Source: Mobula hypostoma (taxonomy: Eukaryota). Taken from it: a stretch of 64,000 bases of DNA. Shown piece by piece: positions 11,550 through 25,072 of the stretch (the stretch's first letter is position 1; each line of letters starts with the position of its first letter). The notes beneath the pieces were generated by a model that searched no databases, had not been told where the DNA came from, and saw nothing but the letters and a program-made list of their open reading frames with translations. The position numbers and the translations under genes are program-made. The DNA is taken from positions 24,490,001 to 24,554,000 of the forward strand of contig NC_086124.1 of NCBI RefSeq assembly GCF_963921235.1, written 5' to 3'.

Positions 11550-13520
11550 AGAAATGCGGCCGCCATCAAGGAAATCTTCAAGAGGACTGCATGCATCATT
11601 AAAAACTCTAACCACCTGGGGACAAGCCCTCATCCCGTTACAATCACGGGAGAGGAGGTACAGGAGCCCGAAGATCCACACTCAGTGATTCAGGAAACAT
11701 TTCTTCCTGACCGTCATCTGAACAGCCCATGAACATGACCACACGACTGCTTTTTATTCTACAAACTCATTATGTATTTTGCAATTTGTAGTAATTTTTA
11801 GTATTTTGCTCCAACAAATCAACAAATTTCACGCCAACTATATTGCGATGATAATAAGCCAGATAAAACGATACGCTCGACTTTTATTGTGTCAACACCG
11901 ACCATTAAAATTCCCCATGTCAACAAATCGCGTTACAATTTCACGCGGGGCAACCCTTGCCGTCCGTTCAGGGGGAGCACAGGGCAAGGACCTGGGTCCA
12001 CGAGCATCTGAAGCCACGACCCACCCGAATCCGCTTTTTAAAGTGATTTCTTCTTCCTCCAGTCTGTCCTTTCGCTCCTCGGTGGGAAGTCCAAAGAGCA
12101 CCCCTCCGCTCAATGTATCTCCCGCCACCGCGCCCTCCCCTCTCCCCGGCTCCTGGCTCAATCGACCCAAACATGACGGCGGGAGCAGAGGCAGCGGCCA
12201 ACGGCGACGACCAACTGCGTTTCTATCCATTGGTTGCTGCACCTCGACCGGATGCCTCGGGACGGAGGAGGACATAAAAGAGCTGAGGCGCAGGGTGAGA
12301 CAAAGGCAGATCCGCACGCCGGGAAAACAGACAGCAGACACAAACACGGAGCAGCGGCGTAATTCTTCGTGGTCTACGCATGCGCGCTGCCATGGAGGTT
12401 CCTGGGGAATGTAGTCAAAAAAGGCTCCATCTTCAAATAATTTGAATGCGCTTTTTGTGATTCAACTTCTTGTCCGTCCTGTTCTGCTATGAATGACAGC
12501 ATGTTCGGGGAACATGGAAAGCGTGATGGACCGAGACACTGGCATTTAGGGCGGTAATGATGGTCTTCCGTCTCTGGCGGAGTTCATCATCGTGTCAGTA
12601 GCTTCGTCTCTGTCTTCACTACTGTTAGACATCCGGGGTGAAGACTCAGGAATATCATCGCACTCAGATGTAGAAGGATGCTTCATTGCTGTTTCCATAA
12701 CAGTTTTGTTTTGCTAGTCAGGGTTAGCCCTGTGCTGAAACCCCGAGCCTGGAGGACTAGTGGATCACTCCTAACCTGGGGCCTATCCTGAGATTTCTTC
12801 GGCACAGGTGACCCTATCAAGAGAGAAGGCATGAAGGCCTAACTCTAGCCAACATTGTTCTTCGGGCCATTGAGACACACAAGCCTCCAAACCCCACGAC
12901 GAGGTTGTCGTCCTTTTGAAGGAATGAGGAGATTAAAAGAAAAGGCGGCAGGCGGTAGAGTAAATCCTTCCCCACTGGGCTTAGGTCAAATCTTAAGAGT
13001 CATCCGTGGTGCTTAAAAGTTCTAGAGAGACGGGAACTGCCGCCAGTGAGGGCAGAGCAACTGCGACTCGCAAAACAAAAGAAACGCGAGGTAGGCAGCT
13101 CGAGAATCCTAATGCTCGAGACCCCCCACCCTCCCACACCCCCACACATTCCAGTCACCTCAGGTACTACTTTCCTGCTCTCATGCACACAGTGCGGAGG
13201 GTGAGAATACAGCCCCGTACCGCCCATGAACGATAGCGCGCCCGGGTAACGGGAGAGCGAGGCGTACAGGAACACTGGCCTGGGAGAAAGTTCCGAAAAC
13301 AGACGGATGCAGGAAGGGAGAAGTCAGAGATCTGTACACATGACCCCACCCTCCGCAGCAACCTCAAGCAAATAACACAAAAACTAAAGACGGCGGATAT
13401 GCAAAGCAGACGGGGAAGAGAGATCCACAGGGCCGGTGGGAAGACAACATCCTTTTGCGATAAGGGAGAGACTTGTTACTTCCACCAGCAACGAGCTTCC
13501 TCACACAAACTACAGCGCAG
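11550..13520 (+). pseudogene. Decayed partial duplicate of the LAGE3 locus (promoter, exon 1 at 12173-12222, intronic pieces) plus a RAB7-like 3'UTR fragment
   Basis: ATGACGGCGGGAGCAGAGGCAGCGGCCAACGGCGACGACCAACTGCGTTT aligns gap-free with LAGE3 exon 1 (39873-39922); the donor GTATCCTT has become CTATCCAT. 12580-13140 matches ~41820-42360 and 13277-13515 matches ~43829-44070. Exons 2 and 3 are absent. Confidence 0.85.
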
Positions 13521-16390
13521 ACTCTCCATGCACCTGTCTCGCCAAATCTGGCAGGGATGAAGGTAGAGCAGCGGTGGCTGAAATTTCTGGCAGCCATCAG
13601 AAGACAAGCGATCGATACAGCCCAATGCGGATGTAGACTAACGGCAAGATGACGCAACCATGGCTATAAAGGGAAGTCAGCGCCAACATAAAAAAACAAA
13701 GTGAGGGCATATCATAGAGCAAATTTGTGGAATGCTAGAGGATTGCTAAGCTTTTACAAACCAACAGCAAGCAGCTCCAAAAGTCATTAATGCACGGATT
13801 CAAGACAAAACTAAGCTAGTCAACAGTATTAAGGAGGATACCAAATGTTTCTTCAGATGCATAAAGTGTGAAACAGAGCCAAGAATCGATATTGGGCCAC
13901 TGGTAAATGATGTTGGAGAGGTAGTAGAGGAGGATAAAGATATGATGGACGAACTGAATAACTGTTTTCCATCAGTCTTCCCTCTGCAAGACACTAGCAG
14001 TACGGTGGAGGTTCAGCATGTCAGAGGTCATGAAGTGTGTAAGGTCACCATTACCTGAGAAGATTCTTCGGAATCTGAAAGCCTGAAGGTGGATTAGTCA
14101 TCTGGACCCGATGGTGTACACCCCAGGGTTCTGAAAGAGATGGCTGAAGAGGTTTTGAAGGCATTAACTGACGAAATGGCAAGAAGGATAGCCAAAAGAG
14201 AATCGGTTGATGTTGTGTACTTGGATTTCCAGAAGTCTTTTGTGAAGGTGCCACACCTGAGGTTACTTAATAAACTACGACCCCATGGATTTACCGGAAA
14301 TATTCCAGTATGGATAAAGCAGTGGCTGCTTAGCCGGAGGCAGAGAGCGGGAGCCTTTTCTGGCTGGTTGCCGGTGACAAGTTGTTTACCTCAGGGGTCT
14401 CTGATTAGTCCGATTCTTTTTACATGATATGACAATTTGAGTGACGGAATTGATGGCTATGTTGCTAATTCTGCAGACGGTACAGATGGATTAGAAGTTA
14501 GTTTTGATGGAGTAGTGAGGCTACAAAAGATCAGAAAGATAAGGAGAATGGGCAAAGAAGTACAGGATGCAATACAGTGTCGGGAAATATATGGTCATGC
14601 ACGTTGGTAGAAGAACTGGAAGTGTTGACTATTTTCAGAATGGATAGAATTTTTTTCATGAGGTGTAAAAGGATTTGGGTTTCCTCGTGCACTACACCCT
14701 GAAGGTTAATTTGCATGTTGATATTGTGGTGAGGAAAGCAGACGCGATGTTAACATTCATTTCAAAAGGATACAGAATCTAAAAACAAAGAAGTGATGTT
14801 CAGAATTAATGAAGCAATGCAGGGGTCTGATTTGCACTATTGTGAGCAGATTTGGGCCCGTTTTCTCAGAACGAATGTGCTGTAACTGGAAAGTGTTCAC
14901 AGGAGATGTACGGAAATCTTTCCAGGGTTGAAAGACTTGTCATGTGAAAAGCGTTTGATGGCTCTGGACCTGTAATCACTGGGATGAGCGTAGGCTAATT
15001 GAACTCTATCGGACAGTGAAAGGCCTGTATAGGGTCGATATGGAGAAAAGGTTTCCTTTGGTGGAACAGTCTAATACCACGGAACATAGTCTCGGGGTAG
15101 AGGAGAGGCCTTATTAGAACGGAGATAAGGAAGAATGTCCTTAGCCAGAAAGAAATGAATCTGTGGAATTCGTTGACGCGGGCAGCTGTGGAGGACAAGT
15201 CTCTTCATGGCAACTTTATTTGATACTTGAGATACCTAATCAAATAGCCGCTGAGTGTATGTCAAAAATACTGATGATCCACTCGATTAGATTATGAGGT
15301 CACTCAGTCCTCGTTTATTGTCATTTAGAAATGCATGCATTAAAAAGTGCTACAATGTTCCTCCAGAATGATATCACAAGAAACACAGGACAAACCAAGA
15401 CTGAAACAGACAAAAACACATAATTACAACATATAGTTACAACAGTGCAAAGCAATACCGTAATTTGATAAAGAGCAGAGCATGGGTACGGTAAAAAAAA
15501 AAGGAAAATAAAATAACAATAAAGAAATAAAAATAAATATTGACAACTTGAGTATTGAGCTCTTGAAAATGAGTCGGTAGGTTGTGAGATCTGTTCAGTG
15601 TTGGGGTGAGAGAAGTTATCTGTTCTGGTTCAGCAGCCGGGGATGGTCGACGGGTAATAACTGTTCCTGAACCTGGTGCTGTTGCTACCGAAGACACTGA
15701 TGCCTCCTGCCCGATGGCTGCAGAGGGAAGGGAGCAGGCCTGGATGGCAAGGTGCTTGCTGATGGATGCTACTGTCCTGTGACGGCTCTCCTCGCAGATG
15801 TGCTCGGGTGGTGGCGAGGTCTTTACCTGTAATGGAGTGCTAAAGCCCTCCCGAGACGCCGTGAATCCGTACATACTGCACAGTGAATGCGATACAGCAG
15901 AAATTGCTGTAGTGCAGTATTTTGGAATTTGACCTTGTAATGAACTTTTGAAATAACTCAGTTTCCTCGGCGGCTTAAGTCCAGAGAATTCAATCTCCGG
16001 CCCCGCCAAACCCGTGATATTGAGGCGCAATCCCACCCAAAATCCCTTGTTTCTGTGGATGTTGTATAATTCACTACCCTATTAAACATTGGTGTGACGA
16101 CATAACAGACTGTCCACCGTACACGATCAAAAGATTTAACTTTGCACTTCCTAATTTGACGAAAGGGTTAATAAAGAAAATAACAAAATAAGGAAAGGGC
16201 CCATTTTAATGTAACAGTCTAATATGCACCAGTTGGAGCAGTTCGGAGCAGCGACATTTCGGCAAAAGCAATTTATTAAAAAGAGCCAGTAACAATAATT
16301 CAAGTACAACCTGAGCGGCCATTCTTTTGAGTGAGCCGGTCTTTAGAGTCGCTTTGGATAATTAGGTATCGGCGAGATCAGGCTTGGGAG

Positions 16391-16559
16391 NNNNNNNNNN
16401 NNNNNNNNNNNNNNNNNNNNNNNNNNNNNNNNNNNNNNNNNNNNNNNNNNNNNNNNNNNNNNNNNNNNNNNNNNNNNNNNNNNNNNNNNNNNNNNNNNNN
16501 NNNNNNNNNNNNNNNNNNNNNNNNNNNNNNNNNNNNNNNNNNNNNNNNNNNNNNNNNNN
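16391..16559. other. Assembly gap (169 N)
   Basis: Run of N at the position homologous to the microsatellite of unit A. Confidence 1.
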
Positions 16560-19500
16560 ATTTCTTATACTTTAGTGAGAACAGCTTCAAGAGCAGTGTT
16601 TTGTACTCTGTGTGGCATGCGGGATGTCTGTGAGACCTCCGGAGGCCCAGATAAACACATGCGAGCCAGGTGCACCGAGTTGCAGTCCTGACATTAACGT
16701 ATTAATGAACTGGAGCTGCTGCTCCACGACCTTCGACACATACGGTAAAATAACGAGGTGATTACAGCAGCTATCGGGAGGTAGTCAACTCTAGAATTCA
16801 TGACACAGGTAACTGGGTGACTGTCAGGACAAGGATGGGAAATACACGGCCAGTGCAGAGTATACCTGCAGCTATTCCCCTCAATAATTAGTAAACAACT
16901 TTAAGAACTGTTGAGGGGGACAAATTACCAGGCATGGGAAAGCACAGTGACCGGGCCTCAGGCACTGTGTCTGGTGCTGTGCCTCACCAGAGCAGAGAGG
17001 TAAAGACGACTGCAGTGTTGACAGTCAAAGAAACGGAGATGATGTTCTGTGGGCTCGGTAATGACACTAGATTGGTACGTGGCCTCCCTGATGCCAAGAT
17101 CAGTGATGTATCTGAACGGATCCATGGCATTCCTCAAGGCGAGGGTGAACAGCCAGAAGTCTTAGTATGCATTGGCACCAATGAACCAGAGACACAAAGT
17201 GAGGAAGACTTGAAGAGATTTTTGGGAGCTCGGTAGAAAGCTGAGAATCAAGACGACCGGGGTACTAATCGATAGACTGCTGCCTGTGCCATGTGACATT
17301 GATCGTAAGCATTGGAAGAATTGCCAGGTAAACGAGTGGCTGATGAGCTGGTGTAGGGGGCACACACGGGTTCAGATTTAGAGATCACCGGGATCTCCCC
17401 TGGGGAAGCTATGTCCTGCACAAAAGGGACGGATTACACCTGAACGCGACGATGTCTAATATCCTTGTGGGCGGGTTCGCTGAAGTTGTTCGGGAATGTT
17501 TTTGGCAGGGTAGTGGGAACAAGAGAGATAGTACTGAATATGAGGCAGCTGGTTTACAAACAGAGACAATGTGTAGTGAGACTATTAGCAAGGAAAGGCT
17601 AATGACAGGAGAAATTTCAGTCAACAGGATGAGTCGCAACGTAAAAGCCGGACAAAATCGAAAAGGGCGACCAGTGGACTGAGGGTGTTGCATTTTAATT
17701 CACACAGCATACGGCATCAGAGAGATGAACTTGTATTGTAGCACAGTTACAGATTTCCATGCATGATAGCGAGGGCATTACTGAATCGTGGCTGAATGAA
17801 GATTGTATCTGGGAGCTTAATGTCCAAGGATACACACTGTATCGAAAGGTCAGGCAGGAAAGTAGAGGGGAGGCGTGACTCTGATGGTAAAATACAAATG
17901 AAATGAAATAATTGCGAATAGAACTAAAGAACTGCAACTGCAAGAAGCCCCAGATGAAGTTTTTGTTATTGTGGAATTGAGTAGAAAGCTTTATGTAAAA
18001 AAAAACCCAAAGGGGAAGTGATCATAATATAAACGAATTTACTTTGAGAAGGAGAAGCTAAAAGCAGGTATATTAGTTTTACAGCAGTTAAAGTGTTTAG
18101 AGTCATGAGAGCGGAGCAGGCCAGAATTGATTGGAAAATAACACTGGAAGGGATGACGTCAGAGCAGCAATGGTTGGAATTTCTGGAAACAATTCAGAAG
18201 GCAACACATGTACAGATCTCAAACAGGAAGAAGTATTCTACAGGCAAATTGAAACGATCATGGGCAAGAAGAGAAGTTAAGACCAACATAAACCCAAATA
18301 TGGGTTATAGAATGGCTAGATATTTAGGGGATTAACAAGCTTTTAAATAGCAACTGGAAAAACTAAGAAGATAATAAAAAGCTCCAGATGGAATAGGAAG
18401 GTAAGCTCGCCAAAAATATTAAAGAGATACAAAATGTTTCTTTAGAGACGTAAAGTGTGAAAGAGAAACGAGAGAGGTGATACTGGACCGCTGTAATAAG
18501 GTGCTGGAGAGATACTACTGGGGGACACGGAAACGGCGGACCACCGGAACAACTATTTTACATCAGTGTTCATTGTGGGAGACACCAGCATGAAGTCTGT
18601 GAATTCACTATTCCTAGGGAGAAAGTTTTGGGGAACCTCAAAGGTCTGAACGTAGATAGATCACATGGACTAGAGGGGGTTAATTTCAGAAATTAACCAC
18701 GTGGCCTCTTTATCTGCTTTACTTCTCCAAAATAAAAGGAAATGTTTTGTTCTTGAGAGCTTGCTGAGTAAAGTATTATCTCCTGATGTCAACACCTCAG
18801 CTTCCTCATATTGAGCTTCTTGGAACTTCAAACCCAAAGAATCTCTACCGAGGTGCACTAACTCATCTCGTCGGTGCATTCCGAATTAAGACCCTACTTT
18901 TGCTAAATCAGCATCCAAGTTCCGCATAAGACACAACTCCTCAATATATCTCGAGCACCCGAAGAAACCCACCGTCGAATTTAACGTTTGAGTGCAAGTA
19001 TACAAAACTGCTGAGGACCGGGACACAGCCGGAGACTCCACGGACAGGTGAGATGCATTTCCACCGGGTTTATATTAATTTGGAAATGTGGTGACCGATC
19101 AGGGAACATCGGCGTGGCTGTGTTGCGTAAGAAACCGTGTCTTCCTGCTTTCGGGAGGTTTTTCAGGAGATAACTCAGTTAGCCAGTGAAGGCAGGACAG
19201 TGGGTTTCTCAACATGCAGTTCAATGAGAAGAACTTTAGAGATTACAGAGGTTGGGCTTGTTTTCCATGCGGTCGAAGATCGCTGACGGATGACCTGACA
19301 AAATAAATTAAGATAACAGATACAGAGCCAGTGTAGACAGAATCGCTTCCCGTGGTAGAAGCAAAATTGAGAGGAAGGCTTATATTTATCCCGAGGAAAG
19401 GAGATTTAAGACGAATATAAGGGATTTTTTTTTTAGAATTTGTTTTAATTCTCAATTCGATTTCGAGATACAGCGCGGTAACAAGCCCTTCCGGCCCTAC

Positions 19501-21401
19501 GAGACCGCCCCGCCCAATTACACCCATGTGATCAATTAACCTATTAGAGTCTCCAGCCTTCTGGGCTTGAAAGGCTTATCATGTGAGGAAGGTGTTTTGG
19601 TCCTGGGCTTCTATTCACTGGAATTTAGAAGAATGAAACGGGACTTCGTTGAAACCTGTGGAATGTTGAAAAGCCTCGACACAGTCGATGTGGAGTAGAT
19701 ATTTCCTATGTTGTGGGAAGCTAAGAGCAGCCGACACAGTCTCAGAAGGGAAGGCCGTCCTTTTAGAAGGGAGATTCTGATTAATTTCTGAAGCCAGAGA
19801 GTGGTGAATCTGTGAAATTCATTGCCACAGGGAGCTCCATGTTTCTGTATTTTTAAGACAGAGGTGATTGATTCTTGATTGGTCAGGACATGCCCGGAAA
19901 CAGGGGGAAGGCAAGAGGTTGGTGCTGAAAAGGAATATTGCGGAACGGACTCAATGAGCCAAATACTGGCAGTGGTAGAAGTCGTTTATACGCTGATGAG
20001 AGACAGAGATGGAGTAGTCAGACAGTATCTTTATTTTTCTGGTGTTGAAATGGCCAGTACCAGACGGCGTGCCTTTAAGGTGAGAGAGGGTAAGATCAAA
20101 GGAGATGTGAAGGGTAAGTTACGTTTTCACAGAGAGCGGTGGGGGCCTGGAATGCGCTGAAATAATGTTGGTGGAGGCAGATAAATTGAGACCGTTTAGA
20201 GTCGCTTGGATAGGAACATGAATGTGAGGAAAATGGACATTGCGTCAGCAGTCACAATTAGTTACCTTGGCCGTCTGAATACTAATTTAATTGGCTCGGT
20301 ATAATATTGTGGACTATTCCTGGGCTGGGTGATTCTGTGTTCTTGCAGGACTCTGCAAAGCGTCCTGGGCACATTTCTGTAGAGAGGGTGACTTCGACTT
20401 TTGCACAGTATTGTATTTGTCAACGAAGACCGGAGAGCGTCGGGCGGAAGCAAAGGATGATGGGAATGGCGAAGGTGAAGCGCCTCGGGAGGGATGAGGG
20501 ACAGGTACCAGAGAAGGAGAGCCAGGGACGGTGCTGGAGGCGGTTGCTGGCGCGGATGCAGACACGCGCGGACCTGGGACACCAGGGAAGGTCATTTGAT
20601 TCTAAACAATTCGTTTAGTGATTATTACAGAATGACCGTCTGGTGCTTCCCGCTTCCTCCCATCTCCCTTCCCCTTTCCCCAACCATGATTCCCTTCTCC
20701 CAGCCCCCTTACCACTCTCAGTCCACAACAAAGACCCATATCAGAATCTGGTCACTCACATACATCATGAAATTTGCTGACATTGCAATGCATCAAATTA
20801 ATAAAGTAATTTTTTGTGATAGTAACTGGCCCAACGAGCCGCACTGCCCATCAACCTACCTGGTTAGCCACGGGGAAGTTCACAAAGGTCAATTAACCTG
20901 AGTACCAGAACTTTTTTGGAATGTAGGAGCAAAGCAGAGTACCCAGGGGAATCCCCCACGGTCACGGGAGTTAGTGTTATTGGTGGTAGTCGCTTGATCG
21001 CTCGAGTCCAGTATGATGTTCTCCTAAGGGATTGTCATCCGCGGGTCCTCGACTGGCTGTAGAGGCCGATCCAGGATCCACATAACGGCAGTGTTCGGGT
21101 GCATTCCCTTAATGGAGATCGGCTGTGCGTGACTTTGTCTAACGTGGGGAAGCTAATACACGGGCAGACATCACATGGTCGTTGACAGATCGGGGACATG
21201 CCGGGGGGACGGTGCGGTCAGGGTCCAGTGGCTTGGAATGCAACCCTAATGTGGTGTGTCAGCCTTCTGTTCCATGTTACACCGCATCTCTATTCGCCTT
21301 CCTCTCCTTCCCTCTTTCCTCTCGCCTCTCCTCCTGAATTCGCGGTCTCTCCATTCTACACCCCTCTCACTTACACAATATCTCCCCCACCAGATCCGAC
21401 A

Positions 21402-22343
21402 ATGTCGTCCAGTTCGAAGCTCGCTGGGAATCTCTCCTCCCACAATTCCACGGCCGATGGAAACAGAATGGAGTGGGGAGCACCTTCCGTCATATCAATG
21501 GTCATCTTCACCCTCACCTTCCTACTGGGCGTCCCGGGCAACGGCGCAGTCATCTGGGTGACCGGCTTCAAGATGAAGAGTAAGATCCACACGGTGTGTT
21601 TCCTGAATCTGGCTCTGGCTGACCTGATCTATTACCTGAACCTTCCCTTCCGCATGACTAACATCTTCCTGAGCTACTCTGGGCACAAAACCTACTTTCC
21701 CTGGAAGTTTTCTGGAACCTTGATGTTCCTCAACGCCGCCGCCAGCATATATCTGTTATGTCTGATCAGCATCTGCCGCTGCCTGGCTATTACTCGGCCC
21801 ACTTGGTTCCAGCAGCATCCGAGCCTCACATGGGTTCGTGGGGCCTGCTTCGGAGTCTGGATCCTAGCCTTCGTCATGTGCCTGCCCGTCCTCTTGCTTC
21901 AGGATTTAGAGAAGGAATTGACCGTGTTAGAGCCAATTTGGTTTGTTTTCATCTTCGGCCTTCCCTTTGTAATTATGATCACCTGCTACTGCCTGGTTGG
22001 CTGGAGGCTGCAAGGGGACAGGTTCTTCGAATATACGAAACCTGTCCGCCTCATCATCACCGTTGTCGTCGTCTTTATGATCTGTTGGATCCCCAACACT
22101 GTCTGCGACCTCGTATCAACCTTCTCCACACCGATTCCCCGGGACTGGTCGTTATTCACTGTAGCCCTGGCCTCATTCAACAGCGCCCTCAACCCCCTTC
22201 TCTATATCTTCGCTGGCCGCGAATTCCGCCAGGTCCTCAAGCGCTCCCTTCTCGCCTTGCTCCGTCTAGCTTTCGCCGAGCACAGTCTAGAACTGGAGAG
22301 CCAGGCAGAAACCCGCAACCTCATCTCAAATACAAATGTCTGA
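21402..22343 (+). CDS. Chemoattractant receptor-like class A GPCR, copy B, 313 aa
   Basis: Intact ORF with the same motifs as copy A ([37 protein letters not shown]); acceptor CAG at 21391-21393; 15 bp shorter N-terminus. Confidence 0.92.
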   Translation: MSSSSKLAGNLSSHNSTADGNRMEWGAPSVISMVIFTLTFLLGVPGNGAVIWVTGFKMKSKIHTVCFLNLALADLIYYLNLPFRMTNIFLSYSGHKTYFPWKFSGTLMFLNAAASIYLLCLISICRCLAITRPTWFQQHPSLTWVRGACFGVWILAFVMCLPVLLLQDLEKELTVLEPIWFVFIFGLPFVIMITCYCLVGWRLQGDRFFEYTKPVRLIITVVVVFMICWIPNTVCDLVSTFSTPIPRDWSLFTVALASFNSALNPLLYIFAGREFRQVLKRSLLALLRLAFAEHSLELESQAETRNLISNTNV

Positions 22344-24723
22344 GGGAGTTCCTCGTGGACAGACATCCGACCGATATCCCCTGACTACAAACACAGTGGA
22401 CAGTCGGACGCAATTGTGGTCGGCAGTGGAGGCTTTGCTACACTCCTATTTTCATCTCTCAGAATGTAAAACATAGACCATTCAGCCTACAATGTACCGT
22501 ATCAATTCAATCAGTCGATAAATGGCAATTAACCTCATCTCCTCTGCCTACACAATGGCGATATCCTTTCTTTTTACTTATTCTACCTATCTAAACATCG
22601 CTTAACCTATCTCTAACCTCTAACCTACCTCTAACCTATCTGCTCTCACCACCATTTCAGCAGTGTATACCAGGCACACACCACTGTTTGTGTAATTAAC
22701 TTGCCCCTCGCATTTCCTTTGGAATGACGCCCTCTAACTTTAAATGCACGTCCTCTGGTGTTACACATGTCAACCCTGCGAAGCATACTGAATATCCATG
22801 CCTTTCATGATCTTCTAAACCTCATCCCGCCACCCCAGTGAAAATAACCCAAGTGTGTTCAACCTCCCGTAGTCGACGATGCTCTCTAATCCAGGCAGCA
22901 TCCTGGTAAACCTCTGCACTCTCTGCAAAGCCTCGACATCTTTCCTGAAATGGGCGACCAGAACTGTATAAACATCTTTCACCTAGTAGTCTCCATCTTC
23001 CTATGACCTCTCGCCTTACAAGTCATTTTCACCCTCACAACAGGATGTATTTTTTCGCACCCTTCTCTGTAAACACTACAGACTGTCGTACGTGAAAATC
23101 CCATTTAATCAGCAGTTTCTGAAATACTCTAAACAATCTGTCCGCCGTGAACTATCATCCGCGGTCAAAGTCACTTAGATCACATTTCTTCCCCATTCTG
23201 ATGTTTGGTCTGAACAACAACTGAATCTCTTGACCATGTCTATATGTTATTATACATTGCGTTTCTGCCATATGATTGGCTGATTAGTTGTTTGCTTTGA
23301 CGAGCAGGTATTCAGGAGTCCATTATAAAGTGGCCTAATGAATTGTAAAGGTTCTCAATGTCAAAATAATACCATAAAGAGCAGTAAATTGTAAAACAAA
23401 AAAACAAAATCAGATCAATATGTGCTGTTACCACCCTCTGCCTTTAAAGCTCCATCACTTCTCTTACTTCCACTGTCGTGTAGTTTTATACGAGAATCAG
23501 CTGGTAGGTTATCCCAAGCGTCCTGGAGAACTTGCCACGGTCCTTCAGCACACCTTGGCTCACTCGCTTGCTCCTGTTTCTCCAGGTGATCCCAGGCAGC
23601 CTCGATGATGTTGTGGTCAGGTCCCTCTGGACACCATCAAACCCTTGTGTCGATAACCCATCTATTTGCATCTCCATCCATGTTATTAATATCTATCACA
23701 AACAACTGAAATTCCTGGCACTGCTCTGTGCGGAAAACCGCTAGACCTGCCTTACACTCAGAATAATACCCACCGCCTTCCCCCCCCCCCCCCCACCTTC
23801 AATGGACATGCCAAACTTGAATGGAGGGAACAAAGACGCCGTGGATTCCGTCCATAATGCACATTCAGTACTATCACCTCAGTGTTTCGGCCCGGTTGTG
23901 GTTGAAAGATTGGCGCCCTCTAGAGGCGCTGTCCACTGTATACCACTTCCTGCAAGCAGGGTGATTTTTCCTTTCTCTCTGATATGAAGCGCACAAGAGA
24001 CAAGATCTCAGTTCATTCTTTATTTGCCTTTGAACAGCAGTACCCGTGAGTCTTAAGCTTTTAGCAGTTTTAATAAAAGTTTCGTGGACATATTTTAAAG
24101 AAAATTCATGTTTATGCTCCTTTAGACAATATAGATATAGAGAACATATAAAAATTACTTGATCCTTTCTGCAGTAAAACAAGAAGGGCTAGCATTGTAG
24201 GGGGCCGATTGGCTAAGATAACTATTTTGGAGATCAATCAATTTGCATGCCACATTCCCATCAAGTGAATGCAAATTAAGAAAATTACAGCAGTGTTCAG
24301 GGATGGCATTGGGAAACGCAAACATGTCAAGGGTAAATCGTGTTAAGTAAAAATGCCGCACCCACGTTTTACAAATCTGGTCTAGATCCTTATCTTATAC
24401 TATCCATGACAAAGTAGCCAGTGAGCTAGACCATATAGAGACTGAAGACATTCGACCAAGGTTGAGTGGAGCCTGTGAGCAATACCAGCGGTCCCAAGAG
24501 TCAAGGGATTTGAGCCTGCCAAGATCTGTGGTGATTTCACCACTTTCTGGCTGAAAAAAAAAATTCTCCGCATCTCTGTTTTAAAAGGATGCCTTTCTAC
24601 CCTGAGATTGTGCCCTCTTGTCCTAGACTCCAGCACCATGCGAAACATCCTATCAACGCACACAAAATGCTGGAGGAACTCAGCAGGCCAGGCGGCACCT
24701 ATGGAAAAAAGAACAGTCGAACA

Positions 24724-25072
24724 TTCGGTCCTCCCCTTTCCAATTATGATCACCTGCTATTCCCTGGCTGGCTGGAGGTTCGCCAAATTTAACAAACCTG
24801 TCCGCCTCATCATGACCGTAGTCATCACCTTTATGATCTGTTGGAAGCCCAACGCTGTCTGCAACCTCCTATCAATCTTCTCCATACCGATTCTCACGGA
24901 TTGGTCATTATTCAATGTGGCCCTAGCCTCCTTCTCTATGTCTTCGCTGGCCGCGAATTCCACAAGGTTTTCAGGCGCTCCCTCCTCACCTCGCACCGTC
25001 TGGACTTCGCCGAGCGAAGAATTGGCGAGCCAGACCCAGACCCGCAACCTCACCCCAAATACAAATGTCTGA
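24724..25072 (+). pseudogene. 5'-truncated GPCR copy (TM5 to C-terminus only)
   Basis: LPFPIMITCYSLAGWR...FMICWKPNAVC...; 15-bp and 22-bp internal deletions, the latter removing NSALNP and shifting the frame; fused to a Penelope-derived repeat at TTCGG. Confidence 0.9.

Larger units (their letters stand above)
585..13550 (+). repeat. Segmental duplication unit A (period ~13.4 kb)
   Basis: Co-linear ORF duplicates: 716 vs 14140, 1569 vs 14995, 6975 vs 20494, GPCR 7928 vs 21402. Confidence 0.9.
13550..24728 (+). repeat. Segmental duplication unit B
   Basis: Co-linear with unit A (CR1, Rex1, CR1 ORF1, GPCR, Tc1, Gypsy); ends in a Penelope-derived repeat fused to a GPCR fragment. Confidence 0.9.

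Noticed and set aside
11779-12414. 211-aa ORF
   Set aside because: No ATG at the called start and no domain signature; it overlies the GC-rich decayed LAGE3 promoter copy.
21758-22384. 208-aa overlapping alternative-frame ORF as a separate gene
   Set aside because: It is split by a stop in copy A and is explicable by GC3-rich codon usage of the receptor frame.
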